A stretch of 64,000 bases of DNA from Cyanobacteria bacterium P01_D01_bin.156 (lineage in GTDB: Bacteria; Cyanobacteriota; Cyanobacteriia; Phormidesmidales; Phormidesmidaceae): positions 15,149 to 79,148 of the forward strand of contig JBCCQQ010000024.1 of NCBI GenBank assembly GCA_039024555.1, in the 5' to 3' direction. The position numbers and the translations under genes are program-made. Below are positions 9,989 to 21,200 of the stretch, piece after piece; the first letter of the stretch is position 1; each line of letters starts with the position of its first letter. Under the pieces are notes generated by a model, which made no database searches, was not told the DNA's origin, and saw nothing but the letters and a program-made list of their open reading frames with translations.

Positions 9989-10936
9989 ATGGCGGCTGAG
10001 TCTCTTGGACTATGGGGAATTCCCTTAGGAATCATTGCCGGAACCTTGCGGGGAAGTGCACCGTTTTTATTTGTCAGCCTAGGCGAATGCCTGACAGAGA
10101 AAAGCGGCAAAATCAACCTAGGTTTAGAAGGCACTTTGCTGATGGGAGCCATGAGTGCCTATGGCGTTTCCTATCTGTCCCAGGATTGGGCCGGTCCCTT
10201 TTGGGCACCGTGGCTAGGAGTGTTAGCAGCCGGACTGTCCGGTATGACCTTGGGGGCTATTCACGGCTGGTTATCGCAACAGCCTCGGGTAAATGATGTG
10301 GCTACCGGCATTGCCATGATTGTGTTTGGTAGCGGTCTAGCCTTTTTTCTAGGTAAACCGTTTATTCAACCCCAGGCACCCCAGTTGCTCACATTTGACT
10401 GGGGCAGCTGGAGCAGCATTCCTCAGATTCAGGCTGCATTGAAGATCAGCCCATTGTTTTTATTAGGGGTAGTGGTTGCCCCTCTTCTCCATTGGTTCTT
10501 TCGCTATACCCGCTGGGGGCTATACGTTCGGGCCGTAGGCGATAGTCCTGAATCGGCACGAGCGATGGGAATATCCACCTTCAAGGTGCGGATGTTGAGC
10601 ATTGTTGCTGGAAGCTTTTTAGCAGGAATCGGTGGGGCCTGTTTGTCACTGTATTACCCTGGCGTATGGACTGAGCGCATCTCTAGCGGTCAGGGACTGA
10701 TGGCAGTGGCACTGGTGATTTTTGCCCGATGGAATCCAATTCAGTGTCTGTGGGCGTCGTTGTTGTTTGGGGGGGCGCAGGCGATTGGCCCTGCATTTCA
10801 GTCGGTGGGCGTAGATTCTTACTATTATTTATTTAATGCAGCTCCGTATATTTTGACATTGTTGATTATGGTAGTAACCTGCTCACCCCAGAGAACGCTG
10901 GTGGGGTTACCAGGAGCATTGGGTAAGGATGAGTAG
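9989..10936 (+). CDS. ABC transporter permease (nucleoside/BMP type)
   Basis: EKSGKINLGLEG, RAVGDSP and GQGLMAVALVIFARWNP motifs. Confidence 0.9.
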   Translation: MAAESLGLWGIPLGIIAGTLRGSAPFLFVSLGECLTEKSGKINLGLEGTLLMGAMSAYGVSYLSQDWAGPFWAPWLGVLAAGLSGMTLGAIHGWLSQQPRVNDVATGIAMIVFGSGLAFFLGKPFIQPQAPQLLTFDWGSWSSIPQIQAALKISPLFLLGVVVAPLLHWFFRYTRWGLYVRAVGDSPESARAMGISTFKVRMLSIVAGSFLAGIGGACLSLYYPGVWTERISSGQGLMAVALVIFARWNPIQCLWASLLFGGAQAIGPAFQSVGVDSYYYLFNAAPYILTLLIMVVTCSPQRTLVGLPGALGKDE

Positions 10937-10977
10937 GGCTAAAGCGACTTAAAGACCAGGAATCTTTTGGAACACTC

Positions 10978-11358
10978 ATGACCCAAACAATAAAGCTTGC
11001 TGTCAATGGCACCCTGATGCGAGGACTCGCCCTCAATCCCAATCTTCTTAACGTTAATGCCACTTTTGAACGAGAAGCGACAACAGAACCCGCTTATCGC
11101 ATCTGGTCTATAGACGACAAATACCCCGCCATGATTAAGGTCAGTTCTGGCGGCGTTGCTGTTGCAGTTGAAGTATGGCAAGTGCCCCTAGAAGGTCTGG
11201 GTATTATCCTTTCCCAAGAACCACCCGGTCTTGCCATTGGTAAAGTCATGCTCCACGATGGCGAAGAGGTCTTAGGCGTTATCGGAGAACCATTAACGGT
11301 GGAAGGAAAAAAAGAAATTACAGAATTTGGTGGCTGGCGTGCTTATCAGGGAGATTAG
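10978..11358 (+). CDS. Gamma-glutamylcyclotransferase-like protein (allophanate hydrolase C-terminal-like)
   Basis: LAVNGTLMRGL, VEVW, EPPGLAIGKV and ITEFGGWRAY motifs. Confidence 0.8.
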   Translation: MTQTIKLAVNGTLMRGLALNPNLLNVNATFEREATTEPAYRIWSIDDKYPAMIKVSSGGVAVAVEVWQVPLEGLGIILSQEPPGLAIGKVMLHDGEEVLGVIGEPLTVEGKKEITEFGGWRAYQGD

Positions 11359-11529
11359 CTAAGTCTTGTCAGACATATGTTTGCCAAATTTATGTCTAGA
11401 GCTACTTCAAAGGCTTTCTGGTTTCAACCTTCAGAATAAAAATAAGCTTTGTTTAGCATGCTGAACTAATCTCTCATGCCTTACTTGTTTTAGGTGATGG
11501 CTTAGCCTGATTTTCGGCTGGACCTTTCT

Positions 11530-14500
11530 TTACGCTTGAGCACCCAGTAATTTGAGTGTATGCATTTGGGCTTCCTCTAAGCCTGAAGCTCCATAAAGCT
11601 TCATCCCATCATATGGTCGAGGAATACGTAAAACTTGCTTGCAGGAACCATCAGAAACGTTCCAGATTCTTATAGTTTCGTCGCTGCTGCCAGCCGTTGT
11701 TAACGTTTTTCCATCAGAACTAAACTCTACAGACCTGACTGTTCCAATGTGACCGCTTAAAACATGTATAACCTGATTAGTTTCAAAATCTCGAAGCACA
11801 ACATTACCATTACCATTACCACTGCTAGCAAGAAGTTTGCCATCAGGGCTGAATGACAGGGCCATGACCCAAGTGCTGAACTCAGAAGTGAATGTATTTA
11901 TGCATTCAAAGTTCTTGAGGTTCCACACCCTAATACACTGATCAGCAGTTCCCGTTACTAAGATCGGTTTAGAAGGATGAAAACAAAGGGAGTAAATCTT
12001 TGAATTGTCTTCTGGAAACGTTTGCAAGTGTTTGCCAGTTCTGCAATCCCATAGTTTAGTTGAGCCATCATCACTACCACTTGCTAATGTTTGACCATCA
12101 GGACTAAACTGAACCGCCCATATCCAGGTATTGTGATGCGCGTCAATAACATTTAGCACAGAACCAGTTTGTACATCCCATAAACGAAGGGTGCCATCCT
12201 GACCGCCGCTTGCTAGTAATCGGCTGTCAGGGCTAAAACTGAGAGACCAGACACCGCCGTTGCTATGCCCTGTTAATGTTCGGAGTTGTTTCCCTGATTC
12301 AAAGTCCAATAAAGCAATTGTTTCATCATCGCTAGCACTTGCTAAGAATCTTCCATCAGGACTAAATTCAGTCCACCATATCCAACTGGTATGACTTTTT
12401 GAGGACCTGAAACATTCTCCATGTTCAACATTCCATAATCTAACTATGCCATCTAGAGTGCCACTGGCGACAACATTAGAATCTGGATGGCAACAAGCGG
12501 ACCATACCCAGTTAGAATATCCATTTAATGTGGTCAGGCATAGACCTTGTTCCCAATCCCAAAGCTTTAATTCCTGATAGTTATTACCACTTGCTAACAA
12601 CTTACCATCTGGACTAAAGGTAATTACCCTAACGCCATCAGAGTTTCCTTGCAAAGTTTTAGTACATAACCCGCTGTGGATATTCCAAATCTTGATAGTT
12701 TTGTCAAAACTTCCACTCGCTACAATACCTGGTTGGTTTGGATGCCAAACAACTGAACGAATTTCTTTAGTGTGACCTTCTAAAACTTTGAGGCAAGAAC
12801 CATCTATACAGTCCCAAATTCTAAGGGTGCGATCAAGGCCACCACTTATTAAAAGTCGGCTATCGGGACTAAATGCTAGTGTCCAAATACTATTCAGATG
12901 CCCTGATAAAACCTTTATACAAGTCCATGTATCCGTTTCCCAAATGCGAATGGTGTTATCGTAACTGCCAGTGGCAAGATACTTACCATCAGGACTGAAC
13001 TTGACTGCCCATACCCAATCAGTATGTTCTTTAATGACTCGTAAGCATCGACCGGAGTCAACATCCCACAGTCTTACTGTTTTATCATCGCCAGAACTTA
13101 CAAGCGTTTTGCCATCAGGACTAACATGAATTGACCAAAGCCAGCCACTGTGACCGTAGAGTGTTCTGAGAGGTTTACCTGACTGGACACACCAAATCCT
13201 CACGACAGAATCAAAACAGCAACTAAACAGCTTTTTACTGTCAGCACTGAATACTACACTTGGAACCCAGTCTGAAGCATTATCTCGTCCTTCAAGAGTC
13301 TTGATTTTCTGGTAGTCACTGAGTCGAAATATTGAGATTGATCCAACCGCATCTCCGGCAGCTAGGAGTTTTCCATCGGGGCTAAAAGCCAGCGAATGAA
13401 TACCCACAAATGTTTCTAGAAAGACTGAATGGTAAAAATCGCAGTTTGAAAAATCTGTTTCTACTAGCGATGTTCCTTGGAAATCCACTTGCCATATGGC
13501 TAGGTTAGAAAAATCCCATCTTGAAATATCTACTCCCATATAAAGCAACAGATTCAAGATATTACCTATTGCATACCCTTTCTTTCTCTTTTGAACTCTC
13601 ACCTGATCGAGTAGTTGTTTTAGGGAGTCTATAATCTCGTCTTGTTCAAAGGCATCAGATAGATGCTCGATGAGCGGCTGAACAATTAAACGAATTTGGG
13701 CATTTCGAACAAACTCACTTGAAGATGTTTTGATAAAAGCGTATTGGTTTAATAAACTGATAGTCCCATGCTCAAGCTCTTTAATAAAGCTATTGATTAG
13801 GCGATTAGCTGCATGTTCTAAAATTACAGGCTGTAGCTTAAATCCTTGTTCAGTCCTTTCAAGGGGAATACGCCGTTGTAGCGATTTAAGTGTATCGCCC
13901 ACTAGTTGTTTAGAGTCAAGAGATAGAAGATCCTCTTTTAGAACAGAAACAGAAATTGGTTCACGGTTGATGGCTAACCAATAAATGATTTCAAGTTCAT
14001 GATGAGAAAGGCGTTTGAAATGCCAGTCAAGTAGCTCATTAATATCAGCAAAGAGCCGATTACCTTGATTCAGAAAATCATTTAACTTCCCTAAGTATGA
14101 GAGTTGAACATGGTTAGCTACCAGCTGAAGGGCCAAAGGATTTCCGTTATAAAAATTCGTTAACTCCCGAATATCCTTATCCAAACTAGTATCAACACCA
14201 TATTCTTCTAAGAGATCTTTACTGCTCTCAAAGTCTAATCCCTCAAGCTTCAATATATTAATATGGTTGGTTATACCCGGTGATACTTCAATATCTTTAG
14301 GCCTTTCTCTACTGTTAATTAATAGACAACTTTGGTGATGCCCTTCTCCAAGCGCTTTCAGCAGTTTTCCATATCCTTCATACCCATCTTGATATTCTCC
14401 GGCTTGGTTTAATTCTGTACCAGTACCAGAGTCTACAGCGTGATTGGTATTTGAAGCTTGCCCACTTTTAAGAATGGATTCAAAATTATCGAGAATCAGT

Positions 14501-15180
14501 AAACAACGGTTCTTCTGTAGATACGCTAAGATTAGCAGAATTTGTTGATCTAGTCTTTTCGGCAGATGAACGTTTTGTTGATGAGAAAGAAACTTTATCC
14601 AGTCTAGGACTATTTCATCCAAGGGAGGGGCATCTAGTAAGGAGCGCCAGATAACAAAATCAAAGTGGCCTTGTATACCGTCAATTAACTTTAGGGTTAA
14701 ATCGGTCTTACCAATTCCACCCAGTCCTAAGCGAACTGTGATCCCTGTTTTACCGATACCCTTCATTCCTAAAATGGCGACTAATCGACATTGTGAATGT
14801 AAGATCCATGTCTTTAATAGTGCTAGCTCGTCCTGACGACCAAAGAACATTGGCACATCTGGAGCATTGCCGAGGTCTATGACTGTTGGTCGACCCCTGT
14901 TTTGAGATATCTCAGGTTGGTTTAGGTAGTAACGTTCCAGAACCGATTGTATATTGCCTTTTTTAACCTTCTCTTCTATGGCTTCAGATAGCTTTTTCCA
15001 AAGTAATGCCCCCACATCCTTCACATATTTATTAGCCTGACCTGTGTCACTGGCAATTTGTTTGTATCCCTGTTTCTGTAGCGTACCTTTCAAGATCGCT
15101 ATTTCAAGGTCATTTAAGTGTTGACCTGAATATCTGTAGACAATTTGATCTGCTGTATTAATTGCCTGGTTAGAGTCCAT
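11530..15180 (-). CDS. STAND (NB-ARC/NACHT-like) NTPase with N-terminal HTH-like domain and C-terminal WD40 repeats
   Basis: FFGR, P-loop GxGGIGKT, Walker B LLILDN, GNPLAL, then about 14 GH...WD repeats. Confidence 0.9.
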   Translation of the reverse strand: MDSNQAINTADQIVYRYSGQHLNDLEIAILKGTLQKQGYKQIASDTGQANKYVKDVGALLWKKLSEAIEEKVKKGNIQSVLERYYLNQPEISQNRGRPTVIDLGNAPDVPMFFGRQDELALLKTWILHSQCRLVAILGMKGIGKTGITVRLGLGGIGKTDLTLKLIDGIQGHFDFVIWRSLLDAPPLDEIVLDWIKFLSHQQNVHLPKRLDQQILLILAYLQKNRCLLILDNFESILKSGQASNTNHAVDSGTGTELNQAGEYQDGYEGYGKLLKALGEGHHQSCLLINSRERPKDIEVSPGITNHINILKLEGLDFESSKDLLEEYGVDTSLDKDIRELTNFYNGNPLALQLVANHVQLSYLGKLNDFLNQGNRLFADINELLDWHFKRLSHHELEIIYWLAINREPISVSVLKEDLLSLDSKQLVGDTLKSLQRRIPLERTEQGFKLQPVILEHAANRLINSFIKELEHGTISLLNQYAFIKTSSSEFVRNAQIRLIVQPLIEHLSDAFEQDEIIDSLKQLLDQVRVQKRKKGYAIGNILNLLLYMGVDISRWDFSNLAIWQVDFQGTSLVETDFSNCDFYHSVFLETFVGIHSLAFSPDGKLLAAGDAVGSISIFRLSDYQKIKTLEGRDNASDWVPSVVFSADSKKLFSCCFDSVVRIWCVQSGKPLRTLYGHSGWLWSIHVSPDGKTLVSSGDDKTVRLWDVDSGRCLRVIKEHTDWVWAVKFSPDGKYLATGSYDNTIRIWETDTWTCIKVLSGHLNSIWTLAFSPDSRLLISGGLDRTLRIWDCIDGSCLKVLEGHTKEIRSVVWHPNQPGIVASGSFDKTIKIWNIHSGLCTKTLQGNSDGVRVITFSPDGKLLASGNNYQELKLWDWEQGLCLTTLNGYSNWVWSACCHPDSNVVASGTLDGIVRLWNVEHGECFRSSKSHTSWIWWTEFSPDGRFLASASDDETIALLDFESGKQLRTLTGHSNGGVWSLSFSPDSRLLASGGQDGTLRLWDVQTGSVLNVIDAHHNTWIWAVQFSPDGQTLASGSDDGSTKLWDCRTGKHLQTFPEDNSKIYSLCFHPSKPILVTGTADQCIRVWNLKNFECINTFTSEFSTWVMALSFSPDGKLLASSGNGNGNVVLRDFETNQVIHVLSGHIGTVRSVEFSSDGKTLTTAGSSDETIRIWNVSDGSCKQVLRIPRPYDGMKLYGASGLEEAQMHTLKLLGAQA

Positions 15181-15826
15181 GTTCGACGAAGGTTGGCAGA
15201 CAAGCTAGATCTAATTCTACGTATATTTTCGTATCCGAAGAATTTTGTTAAGGCTTTTTGCGACTTTTTGAGGCTGACAGTCGCTACGGCTTTTGCCATA
15301 ATTTCTCGCAGGCAGGTGTTTCTACTGAGATGAGGCTTCTACAAGTTGCTTACTTCCAGCAAAGACTGACGCTGCCTAATTGTATAGCCAGACAAGGTCA
15401 CAGTGCCGTTGGTTCATTTCGACAGTGGTTAACTTACTTGGAAGAAGTCAATGAAAACTTTGCAAGTTCTTAGAATTGAGTTGTTAGATGAGTTTGACAA
15501 GGTCTCTTTTGAACTGTTTTGAATATGGCCAAGTAGTCTCGATGTGCTTGTACTTTTATATAATTCACTGATTACAGTCTTTGTATATATTCCTGTCAGG
15601 CTCATCTGAAACACTTGGCATTTATTCTGTGGAAATATTGATCCAAGTTCAGTCAATATTTTTTAATTTATCTACTCAGCACTTGTGTATCAGCAGTTTT
15701 AGCTATAAAAAGTGAATGCACCTGAAATTTAATGTCACTAAAGAACAGGCAAACGGTAAACTTCTGTTGCAGTTTTTTGCATAATACTCACTTACGTTGC
15801 ATGGGTTCTAACCTTTAGCCTATAGC

Positions 15827-16570
15827 TTGATACTACATGCTATGAATTCGTTTGGGTTGGGTATGGGTAGTAAATTAGTCACGACAAACGTTTTAGATAA
15901 AGCAACTCACCAGTTAGATGTAAGGTTGCGCGCTTTAGTGGCAGAAGCCTGCCACTATTCTGTTGGTACTTCACAGCGGCAGGCGGCTTTTAGCGAAATC
16001 TTTCGTTTAGTAATGCGCTCAAAGAAGCTTTGGCAGGAGTCTACCCCTTATTATGCCGATGCTCTGCAAGAAATGTGGGAGTACTGTTTTCTAAAGGTGG
16101 ATGATCCCGAGGATGGGTATCGGCCTGATGTGTGTAGAGTTACCACGTGGCTTGATAATCGCCTTAAGAAAATTCTTCGACGTTATCGAGATAGAAGCCG
16201 CCGCCAACTGAACAGACATGCATTTGCCGTTCAATTTAAGGATGGTCAAATTCTTGACCCGGTTGATAGTCTTATGGCTCCACCAGATTCTAAATTTGCT
16301 ATTGATATGTTGACCCACTTATTAAACTGGGTTAGTGAAGATCCTGGCGAGGTGCTTCGTAATCGAGTATGTGCGAAGTATCCCAATATTAATGCTCAGA
16401 CTCTATTACTGCGGCGGTTACCACCAATGGAACAGTCTTGGGGGGATATTGCTGTAGAGCTTGGCGCTGATAAAACGTATATAGCGCAGTGGTATAGCCG
16501 ATACTGCAATCCATTTTTACGAGAATGGGGGCGAGTAAATGGATATATTGATGGTCAATCGGATAGCTGA
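15827..16570 (+). CDS. Cyanobacterial sigma-70-like DNA-binding protein
   Basis: KLWQESTPYYADALQEMW, TWLDNRL and C-terminal HTH-like SWGDIAVELG; true start may be ATG 15842 or 15863. Confidence 0.65.
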   Translation: MILHAMNSFGLGMGSKLVTTNVLDKATHQLDVRLRALVAEACHYSVGTSQRQAAFSEIFRLVMRSKKLWQESTPYYADALQEMWEYCFLKVDDPEDGYRPDVCRVTTWLDNRLKKILRRYRDRSRRQLNRHAFAVQFKDGQILDPVDSLMAPPDSKFAIDMLTHLLNWVSEDPGEVLRNRVCAKYPNINAQTLLLRRLPPMEQSWGDIAVELGADKTYIAQWYSRYCNPFLREWGRVNGYIDGQSDS

Positions 16571-16617
16571 TGGATAGCTGTTGGTGATTTGGTGTATGAA
16601 ACGCTCCACAAAACAGG

Positions 16618-17799
16618 CTATGCGTCTGATTCGTTTGCTTCGACGAGTTGGATAGCTTGTGAGGGTGGAACTCCTTGGTCTAGGACGGCGAGAATGCCGG
16701 GGAGGTATTGGTCCATGGTCATGATGTTGGTGTAGACGAGGTTTTGGATCAGGGCTGAGTCGAGTGTACTGCCTTCGACATCGATGCTGGTTTTGTAGCG
16801 GATTTCGCCGTCGGTGTAGTCGAATTCGAAGTTGCCGAGGATCATGCCGTAGTTGGCACGGGTGATGAGTTCGGCGATAGATTGAATCTTATCCTGTGGC
16901 ACAGGAAAGGAGCAAACTGAATAGAAGACAAATTGCTGCTTTTTCTCTATTGCTTGAGCATAACAGTCCCATTGACCGTTTTTGCCTTCAAAGGCAAGTC
17001 GTAAGACTGGTTGGTTTTTGAGTTTTGTAAAAGGCCAGTTTTCTTCTTTAAAGAAAGTGATGATTGAATCAAAAATCAGCGACTTCGAGATGATAATGTC
17101 TGGTGAAGTGATGTCAGTAGTCTGTGACGCTAATTCCCTCAGTAAAGCCGCTGTTTCTTCCAGTGAATCTGGTGCGAGCTGTTGAGTTTCGGAGTTGATT
17201 CCGATACCAGCTAAGTCTTGGATAAAATTAGAAATGCTTTCAGAAACTTGTTCTTGAGAAGCTTCTTCTATGGGTGAGCTAAGAGAGCTGAAATGTGACC
17301 AGATAGTTTTATATCCTATCGTACCAGTAGGCAAATGTTGCTGAACAGATAATGCCAACCAGTTTTCTGTAAAAAGTAAGGGATACAAGGTTTTTATACA
17401 ACTTTGAGAATGAGGAAGCCTTTCAATTTCTAAGATAGTTAATTGAAAGGCTTTGGACTGCTTTAGAAAATGAAGCTTCGCTTTATCATTAGCAATATTC
17501 TCCTGCGACAATTGACGTAAATTCTCGGGTTTGAGAATGATTTCAACGTTGATTGAAGATGAAGCTTCGAAAGTTGGCGTGGCTTTATGAATGCATATTT
17601 CAGGAAAGAGATTAAATAAGGAGTTCCTTCTGATGATTTCATATAAGTCAAAATCACACTCTAGAGAGAGTTGGCATCCTATGATTTCTTTGTCTTTCAG
17701 AGCTAAAGATAATTCATGGAATTTCGGCCTAATATAACAATCAAGGTTTTTATAAAGATAAATACACGAATCCACAGGTATACTGATTTTAGAAAACAT
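16618..17799 (-). CDS. YbjN domain-containing protein
   Basis: C-terminal FEGKNGQW...ELITRANYGMILGNFEFDYTDGEIRYKTSIDV, typical of the YbjN family. Confidence 0.75.
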   Translation of the reverse strand: MFSKISIPVDSCIYLYKNLDCYIRPKFHELSLALKDKEIIGCQLSLECDFDLYEIIRRNSLFNLFPEICIHKATPTFEASSSINVEIILKPENLRQLSQENIANDKAKLHFLKQSKAFQLTILEIERLPHSQSCIKTLYPLLFTENWLALSVQQHLPTGTIGYKTIWSHFSSLSSPIEEASQEQVSESISNFIQDLAGIGINSETQQLAPDSLEETAALLRELASQTTDITSPDIIISKSLIFDSIITFFKEENWPFTKLKNQPVLRLAFEGKNGQWDCYAQAIEKKQQFVFYSVCSFPVPQDKIQSIAELITRANYGMILGNFEFDYTDGEIRYKTSIDVEGSTLDSALIQNLVYTNIMTMDQYLPGILAVLDQGVPPSQAIQLVEANESDA

Positions 17800-17853
17800 T
17801 CAGATAAATCCATGAAAACCTTATTTTAAATGAGCGCTTTAGACACTTATCTG

Positions 17854-18252
17854 CTATCCAAAGAATGTTTCATTGACAAAAACTACTTCATTGATTAAAA
17901 ACTCATCATCATGCCAATTTTCATTTGGAAAAAAAGAATTCCAGATCATTTCAAACAGATTCTTTGCTTGCTCTTGACTGTCCAGCCCATGCTTTGCACC
18001 TTTAAAGAAAATCTCCTCTTGATCAACATCAGTTCTATTAAGGATTGCTTTCAAGGCTATTCTTAAACCATCATGGAAATTTTCGATTCCTGCATCGCTT
18101 CTTTGACTGTCTATCCTTTCTTGATAATCTTCAACAAATCCCATGTAATCTTCAATTACTACCTCGTCCCAGTATTGAGCCTCAATCATAGACCCTAAGA
18201 TATCGTAGATGTAACTTAAATTGACCTTCATTTCTTCCTCAATACTCCCCAT
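17854..18252 (-). CDS. Putative immunity protein for the upstream RNase toxin
   Basis: Small, acidic, AT-rich ORF 36 bp downstream of the toxin C-terminus; resembles CdiI-type immunity proteins by eye. Confidence 0.6.
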   Translation of the reverse strand: MGSIEEEMKVNLSYIYDILGSMIEAQYWDEVVIEDYMGFVEDYQERIDSQRSDAGIENFHDGLRIALKAILNRTDVDQEEIFFKGAKHGLDSQEQAKNLFEMIWNSFFPNENWHDDEFLINEVVFVNETFFG

Positions 18253-18288
18253 AAAAAGGTGAATATTTAATATTCTAGACGGTTAGAA

Positions 18289-21200
18289 TTACAAGGAGGG
18301 ATGAGCTGTGACTATTTTATAAATCGGATTGCCGGAGCTATCAACACCAGTCATTTCTAAAACAAGAGTGGCTTTTTGAAGTGGCCCTGTTGGTGTACCC
18401 GGTAACTGCCCTCCTGGTGCCCGTCTGCCGAAGAATCCTCTACCTGTAGTGAAGTTAAACTGCCTTCCCGAAAGAATTAGTCTTTCTCCAACTGTCGGTG
18501 TGTTGCCTGGGCGTCTAATTATCTCCAAAGTTCCGTTTGGAAGATTATGTTGACCACGAGTGAGTCCTCTTGCTCCAGAAATTGCTTCTCTCCTCATAGT
18601 CCTAACTACGCGAAGGTGCGTAGGATCATTAGCAAATCTTGTAGCTGCCTCAATATTGGAAGAAGAAGCGCGGTTTTGTAACTGTTGATTGGTTTTTGAT
18701 GCTCTATGACCTCTGGCTGTGTGTCCCATCCTCGGTTGCCCTCTTTGTGGACCACGTCTATAGGTCCCACCCAGAGGTTCATCCAATCGTGTAACATCCT
18801 GTCCTGCTTTGCTTTGCCCTGCACGTCTAGAACGATCTTGAGCTTTCCACTGCTCTCGCGTCATAGAACGCTCACCGGGTTTAGGCCGATAACCTCGGTT
18901 GGCTAAACCTGGATCAGAAGCTGGAGTTGGCTTATTTCGTCCAAATCGTTGGCCTAACCACTGCCTTGCATTGCCAACCTTCGTTACGACACGACCCGGC
19001 ATTGCTGCAGCATAAGCCTTCCCTCCCCCTGCCTGTGCAATGTTGCCTTGTAATTTCCTTCCTCCCCACTGAGCGAGCTTACCCATCCCTGCCTGCAACA
19101 GTGCCCCACCTGCATTTTTAGTATCTTCAGTCATCTGCTCAGACTGATTCTGAAGATCCTCAGCGGTTTCTGCTGTAGCTGCATCATATAAGTTTTTAAT
19201 CAGAACCAAACCGTGCAGAGCGGCGGCAACTAGACCAACCTTAAAGGTCATCCCTCCAACAGTAGTCATTACAGTTGCACAGAATGCAATGACTGGACCA
19301 GTTACAGGTGCTGCTGTACCTAGAGAGACAAGGGTGATTGCTCCCATAATTGCAGTGATTACTGCTGCTAGCGCAGTAATGGAGCCGAGAATAATTGTTA
19401 AGCCTGTGGCAATATCTGCTGCTGATTTCAGGAAATTACCTAACGGGTCTTTTGACCACTGCTCCGCACTAAAGAGATTGGCTCCCCCCGACAGAATTTG
19501 GCTTAAGCCACCGATAACTCCAGTGAGAGCTGTTCTGGGATCAACCAAACTGAGTGCTAGCTGACGCCAATCAGGCCATTCAATATTGCTCAAAGAATTA
19601 GCAATATTTTGCCCCATCAATTCCAGGGAGATACCTATCTTCTGTCCTGCACTCAGGTTTTCAAAAGATCCCCCTGCAATTGAGTTGATTTGGGTAATCT
19701 GCTGCTGTCGTCTTGCTTCAGCTGCTTCGGCTGCCGCTTGTCTTTGCTCTTCAGTCGCCGGATCAACACCCGTTAGCCAGGGTGCAGCTTCTGATAAATC
19801 TCCTACAAGATCGATATTTTCTCGTTCGTCATACCGTCCTTCTTCTATATCCCTCTGAATAACTCCAGTTGCTGAACCGCCTGTTTGTTCAGCAACTTTC
19901 GCAGCAGGCACACTATTCATTGCTTGCTGATACTCAGCTTGAATTTGCTGTAGTCGCTGCTCAATCTCAACAGACGCCTGAATAAGAGTTCTACCCTTTT
20001 CCTCAAGTACACCAGCCTGACTGATCATTTCGTCAGGCTTACCTTCCAAGCTTTCTGCTTGGGTACGGGCCTGCTGATTTTGTTCACTCATTTGAGTCAA
20101 GCGTTCTTGGCTCTGTCCCAGGGTGGTCTCCATTTCACCAATCTGAGTACTCGTCTGAGTATTTATGCCTTGTGCCTGAGCTGCTTCTGCTGCTAGCTCT
20201 TCAGCTTTTGCCTTTGTTTGAGAAAAAGCGCCATCCATAGTTGCCGTATCAGTAGCAACTTTATTTAACTTTTGTCCCTGTTCTCGTGATTTACCAGCAG
20301 CTTCTGGATCTTCGTGAGTATTTGCTGCACTTTGTCCAGCCAAATCATTAGCCTGACTAACCATGGGTTGAGTCTTCTCTTGGCCTTGATTTGACTTACC
20401 AACAAAACTAGGCGCTTGTTCAGCAACTGTTGTGGCCTTTTGTTCGGATACCTCTAGTGCTTGTTTCGCCTGTCCTAATGTTTCCTGTCGAAAGTTTAGC
20501 TGTTCAGTGGTTTTGGTAACTCCCTGTTCAGATTGGCTAACGCCTTGCTTAACTAGCTGAATATTTCCACGAATGATTTGAGCATTTGCACGTATCTGAG
20601 CTGCTCGCGCTAATAGTTGGTTTCCACCATCTCGCAAACTTTGAGCTTGCTTAGCCAACTGGATGATCTGGGCATCTACTTCAGGATTACCTGGTAGAGG
20701 CATTCCACCAGCATCCACCGGCATTACTGGCTCAGGGGGGATAACTGCCTGTGGTTGTTCTGGTAATGCTGGTGAATCAGCTGATTGGGCAGAAGTCTGT
20801 TGTGGTACATCTGCCTGTTGTGGTTGTCCTGATGCTGATTGAGCTGTCTGCCCTTGCGGAGCTTTAGGTGCTTGCGCTTCTCCTATTTGTTCTGACGGTT
20901 GTTCCGTTGCCTGTGAAGCTTGCTGTGCTTCTTGCCCTGCTTGTTCAAGTTCTAGTTGTTTTTGGTCAACTTCAGGCTGTGTTTTTGCAACTAACTCTGT
21001 TTTCTTTTGTTCTTTTTCAGCTGGATCAACATCACTGAGAGCTTTCTTAGCCTGAGTTTGATCTTCTTGATTACCTGCAGTTTTTTCCGTCTGAGCTGCT
21101 GCTGGTGTCTTGGTTTGAAGTGGGTTCTTATTAGATAGAGCTTCAGACGTTAAAGCAGAAATTTGCTTAGCTGGAGTATTGCTCGGTTCTTCTTCTTGAA

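Noticed and set aside
15181..15826. Short ORFs between the STAND gene and the sigma-like gene
   Set aside because: Overlapping, no recognisable motifs or RBS; more likely a divergent promoter region
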